DNA of 64,000 nt, taken from NCBI RefSeq assembly GCF_009914755.1, contig NC_060929.1. One strand, 5' to 3'. The DNA is from the human T2T-CHM13v2.0 reference genome, Homo sapiens. A model generated the notes under the pieces. It was not told the origin of the DNA and ran no database searches. It was given only the letters and a program-made list of their open reading frames with translations. This document shows, one piece after another, positions 16,311-29,983 of this stretch (position 1 is the stretch's first letter; every line of letters starts with the position of its first letter). The translations under genes and the position numbers were made by a program.

Positions 16311-17537
16311 TATTTCCATTTGTTCTTCTATCCTTTTTTCTATTGTTGACCTCTGTGTATTATAAACTTCCAAATACATTGGTAATATTTTACTTTTTCT
16401 AGTCATTTACTTTTAAGATGATTAAAAATAATGAAATGTATCTTCAGTATTTGACTTCATTTTTGCCATTTCCTGGCATTAGTTTCTTTGTGTAGCTCCA
16501 GATTTTCCTCTGGTATCATACCTTTTTTTGCCTAAAGAACTCTTTTTAACAGTTCTTATAATGTAAGTGTGCTGGTAATGATTTATCTCATTTTTTATTT
16601 GAGAAGGTGTTTATTTTTGGAAGATATTTTTACTGCATATAGAATTATGGGTCGACAGTTTTTTTCACTTTAATTCGTAATTAAAGATTCTCTTCCACTT
16701 TCTTCTGGCTTACATAGTTCTGATGAGAACTCAGCTGTCATTCTTTTTTTCCGTTTGTATCATTTTGTCTTCCCTGGTTTTCTTCAAGATTTTCTCCTAG
16801 CCATTGGTTTTTACTAGTTTGATTATGATGTGTAGTAGAGTGTTTGTGTTTGTGTATTTTATTATTGATTTATTTTGCTTGAGGATCTCTGAGCTTGTGT
16901 ATGTGGAGTTTTTTGGTTTTTATTAAATATGATACTCTCCAGCCATTATTTTTTAAATATTTCTTCCTTCATGTTGTTCTTCTGGAACTCCATTGCATGC
17001 CTTTTAAACTATTTGATTATTTTCAATAGCTATTGCATGCTTTGTTCTTTTTTTAAAAAAAAATTTTTAGTTGGGATAATTCTATTGACCAATCTTAAAA
17101 TTCAGTGATTCCTTTTTCAGTTGTGTTCAGTCTGCAGATGAGCTTGTCGAAGAAATTCTTTGATATAATGCCTTTTATTTCTACCATTTCCATTGAACTC
17201 TCCAGTGAATTCCTCATTTCTTCAAGTATGTTGTCCACTTTTTCCATTAGTTCCTTTAACACATCAGTCACAGTTATGTTAAAGTTGTTTTCTGATAATT
17301 TCAACATGTGGGTCATATTTCAGTGTATACTGTTGATTCCTTTCTCTTAACAGTGGTTTGGTTTTCTTCTTGCCTATTTTGTATGTTGTGTATTTTTTTT
17401 ATTGCATGCCGGATATCACATATACAAGAATATTGATAGAGGCTGATGTGAATATTTATATCCAAAAATTAGGCCTACCTCTTCTGTAAGGTGGTTAGTA
17501 TGGGTGATTGAGTTAATCTTGTCAGTTGTTGAGCTAG

Positions 17538-17863
17538 TGCTATGGTGAATGTTGTTCCCTCCCGCCCGCCCCACCCCCCCACAAAAACTCATGTTGAAAT
17601 TTAATTGCCATTGTGAAAGTATTGGAAGGTGGGGCCTTTAAGAAGGGATTAATGCCATTATCATGGGACTGGCTTGGTTATAAAAGTAAGCTCTTTCTCA
17701 CATGGTCTCTCTTGCTCTTCTGCTTATCTTCATGGGATGATGCAGCAGGAAGGTTCTCATCAGATGCTCTTGGAGTTCTGAAAGTCCAAGAATAAAAACT
17801 TATTTTTCTTATAAATTACCAAGTCTTCAGTATTCTGTTAGAGCAGCAGAAAACAACAAGACA
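17538..17863 (+). mobile_element. ERVL-MaLR solo LTR (MST family)
   Basis: tgctatgg start, aaactcatgttgaaattt, ggtggggcctttaag, ataaattacc...tattctgtta.agcagca end. Confidence 0.8.
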
Positions 17864-19655
17864 GCTGAATTTGAGTATTGTTAATTCTGTAATCACCATC
17901 AATGCATCACTTCAGCTTACAGCAGTGGGCTCCAGTTTCTTTGTGCTTATTATGGGGACTGGACTGGAATGCTGGAGCGTTTCTCATCACTATTCTTGCT
18001 CTGCCCTAGCTTTCAACAATCCTTAAACTACTAGGTCATAGAAGGTGTCTCTTTTCATGCTCTTCCTTTCTCTGTTGTTACTCAGCTTCAGGTCGAGGGT
18101 GTGGGTAGATATATTCTCAGTTTTGCTAGACAAGCTTCACCCTTAAGCATTTTCCATACTATTGGTCCCTGGGTTTGGGGCTTTCTCAGCATTTGTTTAT
18201 CACACTTCCATGGCAGCTAAATTCTGCCTTGTACATGTAGGCAGTGGCCTGGGCAAGAGGGTTTCCGGCCTCTCCCCCAGTATTAGATCTCTCTTGTGTA
18301 TTGATACAAGACCTGGGACCTAAGTGACATTCCTGCTGCTCCTTCAGGGAAGATGTTTTTTGCTTCTATCCCTCATCCGGAAACAGTGGGTATTTTTCCC
18401 AGGCTGGGCAGCAGCAGATTTTCCTAACCCTTGCCTAAGGGCAGGTAAGTTTTATTTCCACCCCTCCAAGAGAAGCAGTGCATCTTTTCCTAGGTCTGAA
18501 GGCAAAAGACTGTCTTATTCTTACCCAAATAACTTAAGGCTTTTGCTTTATATGAGAGAACGGTCTGGAGAAGTGGGCCTAGTTTTACATCTATCCGTTA
18601 ATGGCAGCCAGTCACCACTAGCCCACTTATGCTGTCAAGGAGAGCTCCCTGCATTTCTCCTAACCTGCCTTCAATCTTTTTCATGAGCATTTAATGGAGT
18701 CATGTGGCAAAGAGCATGCTAGCGAGGACAGGTTTCCCTTATGTCACAGACTTTCAACTTTCTAAACTGTGATGCTAGCTATACTTGCCCCTTAAATTTT
18801 GTAAACTTTACTTAATTTTTACATGTTTTTATGGGAACTGTGTTGCTCCTTTGATCTGCCAAAAGTGAAATAGTTTGGTTGTCCAGTCTCTTCATAAAAG
18901 AGCTTATCCCTCTTCAGAAATCACCTTACTTGGTTGACTTGTTACCTCGGTTTTCTGATGGGGTCAATAAAAGTTAGGATTTTGTAGATTATTTGGCTTT
19001 TTCTTACTGTTAGGTGGTAGCCTCTCTTGTGGCTTTCTAAAGCCTAAGCAGAAGCAGAACTTCATGAAACTTTTGTGTTGTATGTCTGTCTCCCTTGTGT
19101 GTGTCTTCTTAGTCTAAATGTAAAATGTATTTTTTCATTTGTTTTTTTCTAATTTTATTTTTTTATTTTGTAAAATGTATTTCTTAACATAGATCAAGGC
19201 TAATTTTTTTTTAAGTAGTTCAAGGCTAAAATTTTTTGAAAGCTAACTTTTTAGGAGTGTTTGCAACTGGTTCCATATTTTATGGTCCAGAATTACTTTC
19301 TTGGGAGTACGTTACCTTTGAGGATAGCCGCTTCCTTAGACTTCTTTCATTATCTTTTGGTTTATTGACATGACTTTTCCTTAGGGAATACTTTAATATT
19401 CTTGGTCCCTAAAAGCCTTTCCTTTATCAAGAAATGGATAGGTAGAAAAACTACTATGATTTCTTAAATATCTACTCTGAACAATTTATAATTTAAGAAA
19501 TTGCAGCCGTGTTCTCTGTGATCCTCAATTGCCCAAAGAAATTAGTCCCTATTAGAAAAGTCCATTCGTACTCCTAAGAAATAATTAATTTAGATAATTT
19601 GACTAAAGAAACTCAAATTTTCTAATACTTTTATACCATTTACATTTTTATTTAG

Positions 19656-19818
19656 AGTTTTGGAGGCTGGAAAGGCAAATGTTATTTTACCAAAAAGTTC
19701 ACCAAGTGGAATAACTCATGTGATTGCCAGTAATGCAAGAATTAAAGCTGAGAAAGAAAAAGATAACTTTAAGGCTCCATTTTATCCAATTCAGTATCTA
19801 GGGGATTTTCTTTTAGAG
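19656..19818 (+). CDS. SLF1: SLF1 coding exon 4 (VLEAGKANVILPKSSPSGITHVIAS...YLGDFLLE), BRCT2
   Basis: tatttag|A and GAG|gtaagt; 163 nt, phase 2->0; cumulative 594 nt. Confidence 0.96.
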
Positions 19819-20389
19819 GTAAGTAAAATAAATAGTAAACATTTTATTTTGTTTCATGTGTTCATTTTATAAAATACCAACATAGTAAAATATATATTAA
19901 AGTTGTGTTCTAAATTTTGAAACTACATTGGTAGTAATTTAAATGACACTTTTTAAAGGCAGTGGCTCTCAATTACTTAAATATTCATGAATACTTCCTG
20001 TAGATTTGAAAGAAGCTTACTAGTTAAGTTTAACATTAAGTATTTTAATGTCAGTATAAATAAAGTAGTAGAATATATAGTATTATATAGTATTGTATGA
20101 GAATTTGGGGGTTATTTTTCCTTTGGAAAAGAGAGCTATTTCTAAGGGTTTAGAAATACTGTCCTGTCCTATTCCCCTACATCCTCCTCCTTACTTGGTG
20201 TGGATGATGCTCCTCAAGTTGTTTGAATGGGCATCAAACCCTAGAAGAAACTGTCCAGGAGATAAGCAAAGAAGAATTTTAAGAGCACTCAGGGGAGAAG
20301 AGAACCCTTAGTATGTCCAAAAACGACCTTGTTATAGGAAAAATCATCTTCATTGTTTCCCATCTCGTAGATACCATTATGTTTTATCT

Positions 20390-21320
20390 AATACTTTATG
20401 TCAGAGATCTGGAAATTACCCTTAAAATCTTTCTCTCCCTTACTTCTCACATCTGTCAACTACTAAGTCTTACTGATTTTATCTCAAATGTTTCTTAAAT
20501 CAAACCACTTCTCTCTTTCTGTACTAACATCATACTGAGTTTACCATCTTTCCTCTGCACTTCTGTACTAACATCATACTGAGTTTATCATCTTTCCTCA
20601 GCACTCCTGGAATAGGCTTGTGATTAATCTTCCTGTAACTCTACCTTTTTACTCTAATTTCCTAGTTACTCTTTCTTTTTCCTTTAGTATATTCTAGCTC
20701 ATTCAGAAAGAGCAATCAAAATGCTCTTTCTAAAACAACTTTGATCCTGTCACTCACCTACGTAAAACTCTTCAGTGGCTTCCCATTGCTCTTAGGACAA
20801 AGTCCTAAATCTCTAATACGGCTTACAAGTTCCCACAGGATTCCTGTCATTTCTGTCTTTTCAATTGTATCCTGCTTCACTCTTATCTATGCTCACTATG
20901 CTATATGAAAACTCCTTCTCCCAGTGTCTTAAATAAGCTAAGCTACTCCTAACTCAGTGTCTTCTCAAAAGATACTTTCTCCTTCTGAAAAGTTATTCTC
21001 CACTACTCCTTCACTCTGTGGGTCTTCCTGCCTTCTGCTCATCTTTCAGGTTCCTGTTACAATGTTACTCTACAGGGAAGCCTCCTTGATCCCCTTACTC
21101 AGTGAGGTTCACCTATGTGTTCTCATAGCATTATTTAGCTTGGTACTCCTTACATTTACAGTTAAGTAATTGATTATTTGGTTAATGTCTATTTCCCCAT
21201 GTAGACCAAAAGCTCCTTGTCATCAGGCATCGTGTCTGTCTTTTCCTTTGTTTTATTCTGATCACCTCACAAAGAGCCTGGCACATGGGTTCTCAATCAA
21301 TATTTGTTAATAGAGAATTT
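20390..21320 (+). mobile_element. L2 fragment, 3' end
   Basis: aaaactcttcagtggcttcccattgc and terminal cctggcaca...tcaat.aatatttgtt motifs. Confidence 0.7.
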
Positions 21321-21399
21321 GTGAAAGATGTTTGAGTCTTCCAAAATTACATGTAATATATCATTATATAGTTACCTTTCCCTAATGAGTAGCAGCAAT

Positions 21400-21870
21400 G
21401 GATATTGGAAATTTGACTTTAGTTCAAGGAATAGGTCTGCTTGGACTATGGATAATCTCATTGTCCTTGACAGTCACTAGTTAGGAATGAGCATTTGAAC
21501 CAATTCTGATCAATGGGTCATGAAGAGAAGTATGTAAGAGCTTCTAGGAAGTTGCTTTCTCATAATGAGAAGAAAGCCACTGATGGGCTGACTCCTGCTA
21601 GTTATGAACACAGAAGAATGTAACCTGAAATACTACTGGTTAACCATGAAAAGAACTCGCCTTAGGGTGAAACCAGCCCTGTAGTTAGCAGAGTGTAGAC
21701 ATAGAATCTAGACCCTGGCGCTACTTAAGTTGCTGGATTAAACAACACTGAAACCTGTTTTACGATTAGATCACATTGCTTTTCTGTGTGGTAATTCATT
21801 TCCATGTTGTTTAAGTTAGTTTGGGTTGGTTTTCTATTATTTGTAGCCAAAAGCACATTATCTGATAGAC
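21400..21870 (+). mobile_element. Degenerate MLT1-type MaLR LTR
   Basis: Ends gtttaag...ttgggttttctattatttgtagccaaaagca; gcatttgaaccaattctg motif. Confidence 0.55.
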
Positions 21871-23079
21871 CGCTCGGAATAGTTTAAATGTAGTATTAAC
21901 TATGAAGAGAACGAAAGTTGTTCTTAACTAGATTAGTAAAGGTATATTAATTTTCTTTTTTACTTGGAAAATAATGCTTAAAGTGCAACATATACCATGC
22001 ATTATCTACAATATTATTTTGCAGTATTCTAACAACATTCATATCCAGCTGCTGAAATAGTGGAGGGCAGCAATAGTATATCAACCAGATAGCAGAAAGT
22101 CTCCAACTTATATTTGGTTTTAGAATACATTGTTTTATAAGTTCTGGATCAAACAGCTGGGAGTTCATAACCAATCCAAATAAGGAAGGCATATTGTGAT
22201 CACTTCTGATCACAGAAGAAGAGACATTAGAAAGTTAACTGTATTTCAGTGTCTTGCTTTTCTTCAGTGTAGATCATATTCCAGTCCTCATTAGATGGAT
22301 CTTGAAGTGTCATCCAAGAAAAGCTGCCATGTAAAATGACTGAGTTAATAGTAACAAGCCAGGCGTGGTGGTTCTGTAATCCAAGCACTTTGGGAAGCTG
22401 AGGCAGGAGGATCACTTGAGGCTAGGAGTTTGAGACCAGCCTAAGCAACGTAGCGAGACTCCATATATACAAAAAATTTTTAAAATTTGCTGGATGTGGT
22501 GGCACACCTATAGTTCTAGCTACTCTTAAGCTGAGGCAGGTTTGCTTTAGCCCAGGATGTTGAGGCTGCAGTTAGCACTATGATTGTGCCACTGCACTCC
22601 AGCCTGAGCAACAGAGTGAGACCTTGTCCCCCTTTTTTTTAAGGTAACATTGTATTTTTTAAAAAAGTTTTGTTTAACCCTCTTATACTTTTTGAAAAGC
22701 TTCTGAGTACCAGAACTGGAAATCTATGTATTTCAGGTTTATAGATATTTATCGAAGACCATTGCTGTACCAGGCATTATGCAGTGCATTAGGGATATGA
22801 AAATGAATGACCATATATCACACTTTGAGATGCTTAGTATTTAGCAATGGAGAAAAAGCATGGACACTGTTACTTGCAATTCATATGAATCGTGCATTTG
22901 TAAAACTATGTGCAAGGTACAGGAATACAGAGGAACAAATGACTAACGTATCTCAATTGTTTGGCCCAAGGAAGGTTTCATAAAAATGAGAGGCTACCTA
23001 GGAATACTGAAAACTTATCTTGACTACTTAAGAAAGAAAAATGAACTACAGCAGTCTTATGGGAATATATTAGGAATAA

Positions 23080-23460
23080 CAGAAACAGCATAGACTTTTT
23101 GAGCCAGATCAACTAATTTGTGGTCCACATTTATAATGTAGCACTGTGACCATAGGAAAGTCATTTCTTGTGTCCCTCAGTTTCTCCCTTTGTGTGTAGA
23201 AGCTAATACTACATTGCTTTGGTGATTGTGAGAATTATTACTATTACTACCTTGAGTAATAGTTACTGAGTGATTATTATGGGTCAGGCTATATGTTAAG
23301 CATTTTACATGCTTAGTCATATTTAAACCTCATGTTCATGTGTGGTATGTATTATGACTCCATTTACTGTTTGGGATAAATTTTGAGGTAAAATGAGGGT
23401 AAGTAACTTGCCCAAGATCCCACAGCTGTCATGTATCAGAGCAGAAACTTAAAGCCAACC
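23080..23460. mobile_element. MIR fragments
   Basis: cctcagtttctc and aagtaacttgcccaagatcccacagct core motifs. Confidence 0.65.
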
Positions 23461-24856
23461 ACTCAATAAATTTTAAGGTTTCTTTCCTCAAATCTTCCTT
23501 TCCTAGATCCTTTTTGTCTCCCCATTTTGAGTATTATTAGATTTCCAGTCTCTTTGTAGGTAGTTAAAAAATAATAAATGCTGTAATTGATACCATAAAC
23601 GAATATCTAGTCATAGGATTGTGAAATACTATTTAAGCATCAGGGTATAAGTACAAGTTAAGAACCAAGTAGCACTCAAAGGACTGCCTTTCTTGATTTA
23701 TATGTCTCTTCTTCTTCTTATGCATCTGGTCTAATCAGTTCATTCAAGTTGTGTGACAGACGCTTTGGCTGAATATTGGAATAAGACGTGGAGACCAGAG
23801 CATCTCAATTATACCTAGCCAAAGATAGGAAACTAAGTCAAATATCAGAATCAAAAGCCAACTCTCATTGCCACAACTGTGTTGCCCTACTCCTAGATAA
23901 TAGAATAGGTAGCTGATTAAGCAGGCTTTTAGTTATCCTTTAGTGCATAGCACTATACTTTACAAAATATACTAGTCTTGGACTGGCTTTCCTAGATTAT
24001 AAAAGGAGACAAACACCTAACCCATTGCCTAGTACGTAAGTTGACACTAAGATACTTATAAGGAATAAAAATGACTATTTATAGTTAAATAATTTCTCTA
24101 TATTTCATAAGAGTCACCAATTAGACAAAGTATTAGTGGCTTAGAGAAAAATATGTGGATCATTTGTTTAGCTGTATAGATAATAGATTATTCAATTTCA
24201 AAACTTTCAAATGTTATACCTTCTGTATCAGGTTGTGATTTTTAAATAGTTAACTTATGTAGGGTACTAGTATCATACATCTTAATTTACAGATTCATAT
24301 GTAGCATCTGAAATGGACACATAAGTAAATATATTCAGGATTAGGAAACAGTTTATTTCTTGCCTTGTTGCTGATGATAGTGGTATGTTCCCTGCATTCT
24401 CCATAATGAGAATGTATATGGGATTAATTCATCCTGTATTCTGGACATTTTTTGAGGACCTAAGCCTATGGATTTATCCTCCCATTACCAACCATGTAAA
24501 ATTTAATGCCAGGTACTCATTTCCCCCCACCTGCAAGTTACACTTAACAGAAATTGTTGTTGATACATTCTTTGGTCCCAGTAATAGGAAGGGAGAAAAG
24601 TCTTTATTTTCTTAGTTTTCATTTTCACCTTTCTGAGTTGCTGAAAAAGAAATTCAATCAGCTATTCTCAGGGATTATTCTGTGGTTTCAGGATTGCAGC
24701 CTGCTAAAAGGAACGGCCCTCATTTTAACATAGGAAGCCAAGTGCGAGTGAGAGGGAACTAAAGATCACGTTAAAGGCCTTAACACGTTTTGTTTTTTTT
24801 ATAATTGTTCCCTAGGAAGACTGTGATTCTTCAGTCTCTTTGGGTAGAGATTGTGA

Positions 24857-25099
<243 letters not shown>

Positions 25100-25836
25100 T
25101 GATCCACCCGCCTTGGCTTCCCAAAGTGCTGGGATTACAGGCATGAGCCACCGTGCCCAGCCTGAACAGCCTCTCATAAGTACATTTTGGGAACTGTCAT
25201 GAACTTTTACTCCCAGCTTGTTTATATTACTAAACTTACAGAATTATATGTATAAGTATGTATGCAATGAATTTTAAAATAATTATTGGAAGTTGATTTA
25301 TGAATGCAGTTTGGGTTCCTTGGCAAGAGAAATTTTGTTGTTTGAGATAGAGCTACATTAAGATAATTGTTGTTTATTGCTATTCAAGTAAGAGTATTGT
25401 GTAACCTTTTCCTCTCTATGTGGGGTATACTTGCAAGTGAGAAGTCTTACCAGGAAAAAACTGAAAAATAATCCAAGAAGAAGTCTGTCTATAATTGATG
25501 ATTTGTAAAATCTAGATTGTAACTTTAGCTTGGACAGGGACTAGATAAAATATTTTTGTTCTTGGTTATTCATAAAAATGACTTGTTAGTAGATGAACAA
25601 AGCATTACCTTTTCTTGAGATATACAGAAATCACTTTATTATTCAGGACCTTTACTATCATGATTTTTTCCCTGAAAGATTTTTATCAGTGTTTAACATC
25701 CTTTGATTTAAGAGGGTGCATTTTACCTACTTGTTTGACTAACAAAGTATTATAGTTAAAGTTGAGTACCATAAAACGTACATAATATTGAAAATACACT
25801 TAGATGATTGCCTAAACCATTTTTACATACATACAG

Positions 25837-25980
25837 AAAGAAATTCAGAATGATGAAGATTCCCAAACCAATTCTGTTTGGACTGAACATAGCAATGAAG
25901 AAACAAACAAAGATTTCAGGAAAGATGCAGGATTTCTTGAAATGAAAGGTGCCTTAAGAGAGACCATGTATAGAACCCAG
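25837..25980 (+). CDS. SLF1: SLF1 coding exon 5 (KEIQNDEDSQTNSVWTEHSNEETNKDFRKDAGFLEMKGALRETMYRTQ), linker repeat unit
   Basis: catacag|AAA and CAG|gtaaac; 144 nt, phase 0-0, open frame. Confidence 0.93.
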
Positions 25981-26355
25981 GTAAACTTTATAGGCTGAAA
26001 AACATACATTTCTGATGTTTCTTATAGAATTGTTTAAGAGGCAAAGTATGGTGGAAAAAATAGATTTTGGAATCAGAAGGCTGGTGTTTGAACCATGTGT
26101 TTATAGTCTGTGACTTGAACATGTTAGGAAATTGTCCTATGTCTCTGGGAACTCTTGTTGAAGTAATGTTTGTATGCATATAGAAATACACAGAGTTCCT
26201 TATACATAGTGCGTTCTCAACACATGGTAATTACTTATGTAATTACCATGTTTAGGTAACTTACTTATGTTTAGGTAACATCGTGTGTCTTATAAAGCAT
26301 TTTTCTTACCTGAGAGCACAATATATAATTCATGTAAATTCAAGTATTTATATAG

Positions 26356-26484
26356 AATAAAATTTAAAAATACACAAATGAAGTCTATTTTGATTAACTT
26401 GTAAAACAATAAAACAGGAAGGACTTTGAACTTGGAGCAATAAAAAGTACCTCAAGAAAGCACATATGGTATGGTGGCTGTCAA
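26356..26484 (+). pseudogene. Dead copy A of the SLF1 linker repeat exon (pseudo-exon)
   Basis: tatag| start; shares TCTATTTTGATT with coding exon 6; 3' part reads IKSTSRKHIW..Q followed by gtacaacttt as after exon 6; in-frame stops. Confidence 0.75.
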
Positions 26485-26736
26485 GTACAACTTTTCAAAT
26501 AGCAGTAGCAGCCACAAAAAGGACATTATTAGTTCTGCTCTAGAAGAGCTAATGTTCAGTTATGTTCACTTTCATATTGTGTTTTATAAAGCAGTCTATT
26601 TGGTTAATTTATCAAATTATTAAGTTGATAATTATTAGTCTAAACTAAAAGTTTTATGTATAACTAAGAAGAAATTCAAAATAAATTGTTTTTACCATAT
26701 CTGTCAAGTATTTTTGAAAGGTAATTCTAGGAATAA

Positions 26737-26982
<246 letters not shown>

Positions 26983-27252
26983 TGATCCGCCCGCCTCGGC
27001 CTCCCAAAGTGCTGGGATTACATAGTTCCTTAAGAAATTGTATATGGCAAGATTTGCTAGAACTTTCCAAACTTAAAATATTTTTGCATTTTTTTCTGAC
27101 TTTTCCAGTGTATATTTATATTTATGTGACTTAGAAGACTACTTTTTGTAATTTACTATATGTGCATGTTTTAATGAGAAGCTTTTTTGAGTTGATGTGC
27201 CTCTTGTGAAATATACATTGTAAACCACAGTGTATAGCATTTTTACATATAG

Positions 27253-27364
27253 AAAGGAATGTAGAATGAAGATGGAGTTATTAAAATAATTTAGTTTTGA
27301 ATAAACATGGCAAAAGAATAAAATAGAAATTTTGTAAGATAAATGGAAATCATTAAAATACATC
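27253..27364 (+). pseudogene. Dead copy B of the linker repeat exon, followed directly by a Tigger3-type MITE
   Basis: catttttacatatag|AAAGGAATGTAGAATGAAGAT compared with exon 5 catttttacatacatacag|AAAGAAATTCAGAATGATGAAGAT; TAG stop at codon 4. Confidence 0.7.
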
Positions 27365-27366
27365 TA

Positions 27367-27708
27367 CAGTCATGTACACATAATGATGTTTTGGTCAACA
27401 ACGGACCCCATATATGATAGTATCTTATAGTCCCATAAGATAATAATACCATATTTTTACTGTATCCTTTCTATGTTTAGATACACTAATACTCAGCATT
27501 GTGTTGCAGTTGCCTATAGCATTTAATACTGTAACATGTCATAAAGATTTGTAACTTAGGAGCGATAGACCATACCATATAGACTAGGTGTGTAGTAGAC
27601 TATACCATCTAGGTTTGTGTAGGTAGACTCTGATGTTCGCACAATGACGAAATCAACTAACGATGTACTTCTCAAAACATATCCCCATCGTTAAGCAGTG
27701 CATGACTG
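27367..27708. mobile_element. Tigger3/Golem-derived MITE (Tigger3a/MER47-like)
   Basis: TIRs cagtcatg...catgactg, TA target duplication, about 342 bp. Confidence 0.88.
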
Positions 27709-28083
27709 TATATATGTCTTCTTGAGTTCTTTTTAGGACTCAAATTATGTATGTAAAATTCAAGTAGAAATATCCTTTTTTAAAAATAGCTATTTTGGTA
27801 TAATGATTAAACAACATGATTTGTAATACTCATTAATCGGAATTCAGCACATAGGTAAACTAAAGCATATATGTTAACGTACTATAAAGCTTTGTGAACT
27901 GAAAACAATTATGTTCTGCTTTATCTTACATAATTCAGAGGGTTCTTTACTCTATTTAACCTTGTATGTATATTTTACAAAATCTATGTTCCTGGATGGG
28001 TTTTTCTTTTGTGACTTGTGTTGATTGTGTTAAGGCTATATTTAATCCACAGTCTTAACTAAATTATGTTTACAAACACGCAG

Positions 28084-28227
28084 AAAGAAATGCAAAATCA
28101 TGAAGATGTTAATGTTGGTTCTATTTTGATTCAACATCACAAAAAAGAAAAATTCAGTGGTTCCAGTAAAGATTTGAAATTTGTTAAAATGAGAAATACC
28201 TTTGGAAGCCATACATATGAAAATCAG
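28084..28227 (+). CDS. SLF1: SLF1 coding exon 6 (KEMQNHEDVNVGSILIQHHKKEKFSGSSKDLKFVKMRNTFGSHTYENQ), linker repeat unit
   Basis: cacgcag|AAA and CAG|gtacaa; 144 nt, phase 0-0. Confidence 0.92.
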
Positions 28228-28345
28228 GTACAACTTTCCAAATTAAAAATAATTTATTTTTAATATATATAGTGTTTATAGAACAGTTTTCTTTAGCTTT
28301 TAAAAAATATATAAAAATGAGTTATGTATCCAATAGCTAGATTAA

Positions 28346-28627
<282 letters not shown>

Positions 28628-29212
28628 TAATCTGCCCACCTCCGCCTCCCAAAGTACTTGGATTACAGGCGTGAGCCACTGCGCCCAGCCTGCTATATCA
28701 TTTTCTAATGCATCCCCTTTCTCCCTCTTACCTAGAAGTAATCTTTGTCTTAGAATTTGTGTTAATTATTTTCTTATTTTTCATTATAGTTTTAACAGCT
28801 GTGTGTGTATCTCTAACTGATATGGTTTAGCTTTGTCTATTCATGAACATTTTATAGTTTATGTTATTTATAGACTTCTTTTGCTAATGTATATAAAATT
28901 TTATTGTTTGACTATGCCACAATTATATCTTTTATCCATTTTACTGTTGATAAGCCTTTGGGCTTCTTTTTATTGGTTTATGTGTTTGATTGTTAAGTTT
29001 TTGCAATTATGAACAATTCTGCTATGAATAATATGAACATTATCTTGTATACCTCTTGGGATACATATTTAGTAATTTCTCTAGCTTAGTTGGTATATTC
29101 CTAGGAATGGAGTTGCTGGGTCATAAGGAGTGTGCATGTTCAACTATACTAGGCAGTGTCCGACTTTTTTCAAAATATTTTACTAATGTACACCTACTCT
29201 GTCAATGGATGA

Positions 29213-29458
<246 letters not shown>

Positions 29459-29653
29459 TAACTCCCGACCTCAGGTGATCCGCCCGCCTTGGCCTCCCAA
29501 AGTGCAGAGATTACAGGCATGAGCCACCGCGCCCGGCCGTACTTCTTTATTTTTTAATGTGTATGAAAGTATGAAAGTCACTCTTGAGTTTATTTGGATT
29601 TTGTAACATATGTCATTGATGTTGAGATTTAATTGTGGTCTAAATACATGTAG

Positions 29654-29803
29654 AAGGAAATTAAGAAAAAAGATGAAGATATTCAGAGGAGTTATACTTT
29701 GAGGAGAAAACGCAAGAAAGGAAAAGAAAGCAATTGCAAGAAAGGCGTTGAACATGAAAAAATAAAAAGTACCTTAAGAAGGCACATATATAATAGAGAT
29801 CAG
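29654..29803 (+). CDS. SLF1: SLF1 coding exon 7 (KEIKKKDEDIQRSYTLRRKRKKGKESNCKKGVEHEKIKSTLRRHIYNRDQ), linker repeat unit with basic cluster
   Basis: catgtag|AAG and CAG|gtaaag; 150 nt, phase 0-0. Confidence 0.92.
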
Positions 29804-29983
29804 GTAAAGTTTGTAAGCTAAGCTATAGCTTTCTTTTTTATTTTTTGGCTGTTCTCTGATATAATCTAGATATATAATGCTACATGTTTTAAGAAAAAAT
29901 CTTGAGTCAATCTGGTGTAATATTCATAGTTAATATTCCAGTTAACTTTGGTTCACAGTAAATGTACTTGTACATGCATATAC

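Noticed and set aside
16029-16406. 125-aa proline/leucine-rich ORF
   Set aside because: Lies largely within the Tigger2-type element; low complexity
20519-20605. 44-bp tandem duplication
   Set aside because: Real, but an ordinary slippage duplication inside an L2 fossil
24644-24660. aaagaaattcaa resembling the start of the linker repeat exon
   Set aside because: No acceptor, no internal motif and no 3' motif follow; not counted as a ninth unit
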